Shown: piece after piece, positions 61,340-64,000 of the stretch | Position numbering within the stretch: position 1 is the stretch's first letter | Layout of the letters: the number at the start of each line of letters is the position of its first letter | Assembly (NCBI GenBank): GCA_963816145.1 | Contig: CAWFJP010000014.1 | Location: 608,001 to 672,000, forward strand | DNA: 64,000 nucleotides | DNA from: an uncultured delta proteobacterium | Lineage (GTDB): Bacteria; Desulfobacterota; Binatia; UBA9968 | Direction: 5' to 3' | The notes under the pieces: model-generated | Told to the model about the DNA's origin: nothing | What the model saw: only the letters and a program-made list of their open reading frames with translations | Database searches by the model: none | Program-made: the position numbers and the translations under genes

Positions 61340-61578
61340 ACCCAGAGACCATCGTTGAAATAGGGGCGGTCGGAAAGGCGCTATCCTGGCGCCGTGAAAA
61401 CAATGGGATACTATCACTTGCTACTCGCGATAAGCGCTGCCTTGAGCTTGGCAAGCGAGAAAGAGCGATGGCGTGCAACCGCTAAACACGATATTTCTAA
61501 GTTACGTTTGGGTGCTTTCACAAATCCCGCATCGCAGCTCGCTCAGTAGCCCGAGTTTTAGCGGCAGTAACCGAGCTT

Positions 61579-61614
61579 AAACAAATTCGGCGGCAACTTG
61601 TGTCGCCGCCGAAT
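61579..61614 (-). terminator. Probable intrinsic terminator of rpsT (possibly bidirectional)
   Basis: ATTCGGCGGC (61585-61594) / GCCGCCGAAT (61605-61614) with a T-rich tract on the minus strand. Confidence 0.65.
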
Positions 61615-61647
61615 AACAATATTTTAAATTTGCTTTGGGCGGTTTGC

Positions 61648-61920
61648 TTAACTCACCGATTTGCTGCGGTGCGCGGAACGAGAAAGACGGGACAACCAAC
61701 GCGATGCGGTGTTTTTCTTGACGATGCCCTTGCTCACGGCTTTGCCGAGAGCTTTGTTAACGCCGTGAATTTGACTGGTCGCGGCCTCTTGATTGTTGGC
61801 TTCGATCGCCTGCCGGGCCTTTTTCATAAGCGTGCGCAGTCTCGATTTGATTTCGATGTTGCGGGTGCGCCGTTTCACACTCTGCCGGTAGCGTTTTTCG
61901 ACCGATGGATGATCTGCCAA
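61648..61920 (-). CDS. rpsT: 30S ribosomal protein S20
   Basis: TTG start with GGAGG RBS; ADHPSVEKRYRQSVKRRTRN...KS.LRT...KAVSKGIVKKNTASR..SRL. Confidence 0.93.
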   Translation of the reverse strand: MADHPSVEKRYRQSVKRRTRNIEIKSRLRTLMKKARQAIEANNQEAATSQIHGVNKALGKAVSKGIVKKNTASRWLSRLSRSAHRSKSVS

Positions 61921-62748
61921 GGATTGCCTCCAGTAAGATTTAGGTAATCTTTTGTAACATCGGCTACCTTGAGAGTCAACGCGAACGACGATTGAACCGC
62001 TTAGGGCGATCATTTGCCGATTATTGCCGGCGTGATGCCGCGCCAATGAGAGTAGAGATCGGTCGGTTTGCCTGCAACAACGATTGATTTAGCCGATTAC
62101 TCTTTAGGCGGCGGTGCAACGTTCCCGGGATCTGCTGTCGGAGCCATCCGGTTTGGGTAGACACTTCGTGGATCGGAACTGACGCAAAGTGTCAACTAGT
62201 TGAATCATTGACCGATCTGTAGCCGTGAATTTGTGCAAATCGCTGCGCAGGGCCTTTTGTCGCACGCGCGGTCGATGTCCAACGGTAGTTATCAACATGA
62301 TATTCACAGACATTGTCGACATTTATGGGCCTTCTTGATTTTGCCAGCGCTGCTGAGAGGTCACATGACTTGGCCTGCCGGTAAATTTCTGGGCGATCGA
62401 TGCCGCGATGCCGAATCGCTAGGCCTCGCGTGAGTCATGATCGTGAAGGCCGCATTGGGTTGATCGGTTATTTCGACGGTCGCGTCGGGCCAGCGAACGG
62501 GTTCTCGCCGCCTCTCGTCATGCTCGTCAGAGTGTTCAACAAGCTCCGATCGCGCGGCGGCGTCTTGCACCGGCTGCCCTGATCGAGCGATGGCGTCGGA
62601 ATAACGGAGTTGGTTAATGTCGCCGGAGCTATACTTCCGTGGCGATATGTGCTCAGATTACTTGAATCTCCGTTGCACATATGTAATAAAAATCGACTAA
62701 CACAAGTAAATCGAGGGACGTGTGACGGGAAAGGAGGTGAACAAAGAT

Positions 62749-63000
62749 ATGCGGAACAAATTTGTTTCATTGTCGGCCATTGCGCTGTTTGCTCTTACTT
62801 TGACGGTTGTGGGTTGCGGCAAGAAAGAGGAACCAGCTCCGCCTCCGCCGCCGCCGGCTCCTGCTCCGGCAGCGCCAGCGGAACCAGCGGCTCCAGCGGG
62901 CGATCAGAAAGCCGCTGAACCAATGAAGGAAGGCGCTCCGGCAGCCGATAAGGCCGCTGAGAAGCCAGCAGAAAAGAAAGACGAGGCTAAAACCAAGTAA
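62749..63000 (+). CDS. Small Pro/Ala/Lys/Glu-rich lipoprotein (83 aa)
   Basis: AAGGAGGTGA RBS; signal peptide with lipobox VVGC; low-complexity mature part. Confidence 0.8.
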   Translation: MRNKFVSLSAIALFALTLTVVGCGKKEEPAPPPPPPAPAPAAPAEPAAPAGDQKAAEPMKEGAPAADKAAEKPAEKKDEAKTK

Positions 63001-63026
63001 GTGTTTTGGGTCTTAGCTTAGACAAC

Positions 63027-63063
63027 CAAAAAAGGGGAAGGGGGTAACCTTTCCCCTTTTTTG
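63027..63063 (+). terminator. Intrinsic terminator
   Basis: CAAAAAAGGGGAAG / CTTTCCCCTTTTTTG. Confidence 0.85.
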
Positions 63064-63087
63064 CAATTTCGGTGCTAGTTCTGACGA

Positions 63088-63816
63088 GTGACGACCATTG
63101 CCAACATGACTCTTACGGAGCACCTGGAGGAGCTTCGTTGGTGTTTGCTTAGGTCGGTGATTGCGGTTTTGCTCGGTTCGACGGTTTGTTATTTCTATTC
63201 CAACGCGATCTTTGCCTTCATGGTTGCGCCGCTTCGAGAAAATCTGCAACCTGGGCAGGGCTTAATCGGCACCAGCGTTACCGAAGCCTTTTTCAGCGAG
63301 ATCAAGGTCGCGATCGCGGCGGGTGTGTTGTTCACCTGTCCTTATATTTTTTATCAGATCTGGCGGTTTATCGCGCCAGGATTGTCCGGTGGCGAAAAAA
63401 GACTCGTGCTGCCGTTCGTCTTGTGCGCTACTTTGTTCTTTCTGGGCGGCGCATATTTTTGCTATCGGATCGTTCTCCCTGTGGCTTTTAAATATTTTGT
63501 CGACCAATACGACACCATGGGAGTATTGCCGGCCATAAGGATCGGCGAGTACTTTACATTTTTTTTCAGGATGGTATTGGCCTTCGGGATTACTTTTGAA
63601 CTCCCGGTCTTTACATTTTTCCTGGTGCGGTTGGGATTGTGGAATTACCGGTTGATGATCAGCTCGTTTCGCTACGCCATCATCGTTATCTTCGTGTTGG
63701 CGGCGATCTTGACCCCGACCCCGGATGTCATCAACCAGAGTCTCTTGGCGCTGCCGATGTTGGTGTTGTACGTCGCGAGTATCGGCGTCGCCTATGTTTG
63801 GCGAAAAACGGATTGA
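63088..63816 (+). CDS. tatC: Twin-arginine translocase subunit TatC
   Basis: MTLTEHLEELR, YQIWRFIAPGL...EK, FG..FELP, AAILTP.PD. Confidence 0.95.
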   Translation: MTTIANMTLTEHLEELRWCLLRSVIAVLLGSTVCYFYSNAIFAFMVAPLRENLQPGQGLIGTSVTEAFFSEIKVAIAAGVLFTCPYIFYQIWRFIAPGLSGGEKRLVLPFVLCATLFFLGGAYFCYRIVLPVAFKYFVDQYDTMGVLPAIRIGEYFTFFFRMVLAFGITFELPVFTFFLVRLGLWNYRLMISSFRYAIIVIFVLAAILTPTPDVINQSLLALPMLVLYVASIGVAYVWRKTD

Positions 63817-63847
63817 AAAAGTTTGTTACTAGGGATGAGGAGGAGTC

Positions 63848-64000
63848 ATGATTCCATTTGTTTTAGTGATTAGCTGTCTGTCGCTGGCTTTTGCGGTGTT
63901 CTTGGCGCGCCAGGTGATGCAAAAGGACACCGGCACACCCAAGATGCGGGAGATTTCCGATGCCATTAAGGAAGGTGCCGAGGCCTTCTTGTCGCGGCAA
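63848..64000 (+). CDS. hppA: Membrane-bound H+/Na+-translocating pyrophosphatase, N-terminus only (not in the ORF track)
   Basis: MIPFVLVISCLSLAFAVFLARQVMQKDTGTPKMREISDAIKEGAEAFLSRQ; the G...M.EI..AI.EGA.AFL.RQ signature; GAGGAGGAG RBS. Confidence 0.8.
   Translation, partial: MIPFVLVISCLSLAFAVFLARQVMQKDTGTPKMREISDAIKEGAEAFLSRQ

Noticed and set aside
61921-62046. N-terminal extension of S20 in the ORF track; similar upstream extensions for leuS, glyA, fabD and ruvA
   Set aside because: Downstream starts give canonical lengths, and rpsT and fabD have clear RBSs there; the extensions come from longest-ORF calling.

Overview
A 64-kb GC-rich bacterial chromosome segment. The gene order resembles Deltaproteobacteria, and the many orphan NMT1/THI5-type solute-binding proteins, amidohydrolases and intergenic palindromes suggest Ca. 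Binatia/Binatota (inference only). The first ~28 kb is accessory and catabolic: cupin, VOC protein, heme-oxygenase-like (PqqC/CADD) enzyme, UbiD decarboxylase, dienelactone hydrolase, Mo-bis-PGD oxidoreductase, three amidohydrolases, fumarase, seven secreted binding proteins with no permease or ATPase, a RelE/ParE toxin-antitoxin pair, a CdiI-like orphan immunity gene and an IS1182-family element. It also holds a selenoprotein that the ORF track splits: an in-frame TGA in a U-x-x-C motif followed by a SECIS-like hairpin. The rest is housekeeping: acnA, rlpA, yebC-ruvCAB, queG, yceD-rpmF-plsX-fabD-fabG-acpP-rpiB-glyA-nrdR-ribD-ribE-ribBA-ribH-nusB-leuS-lptE, rpsT, tatC and the start of hppA. 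The standout candidate system is an NtrY-type sensor kinase followed by an NtrX-type receiver domain fused in frame to an intact LpxC, which suggests direct phosphorelay control of the committed step of lipid A synthesis. Also notable are a RibBA whose RibB domain has lost its catalytic residues, two pseudo-proteases, and nested MITE/REP-like repeats that apparently contribute N-terminal protein sequence. No tRNA, rRNA or CRISPR array was seen. All family assignments come from motif recognition by eye, not from database searches.
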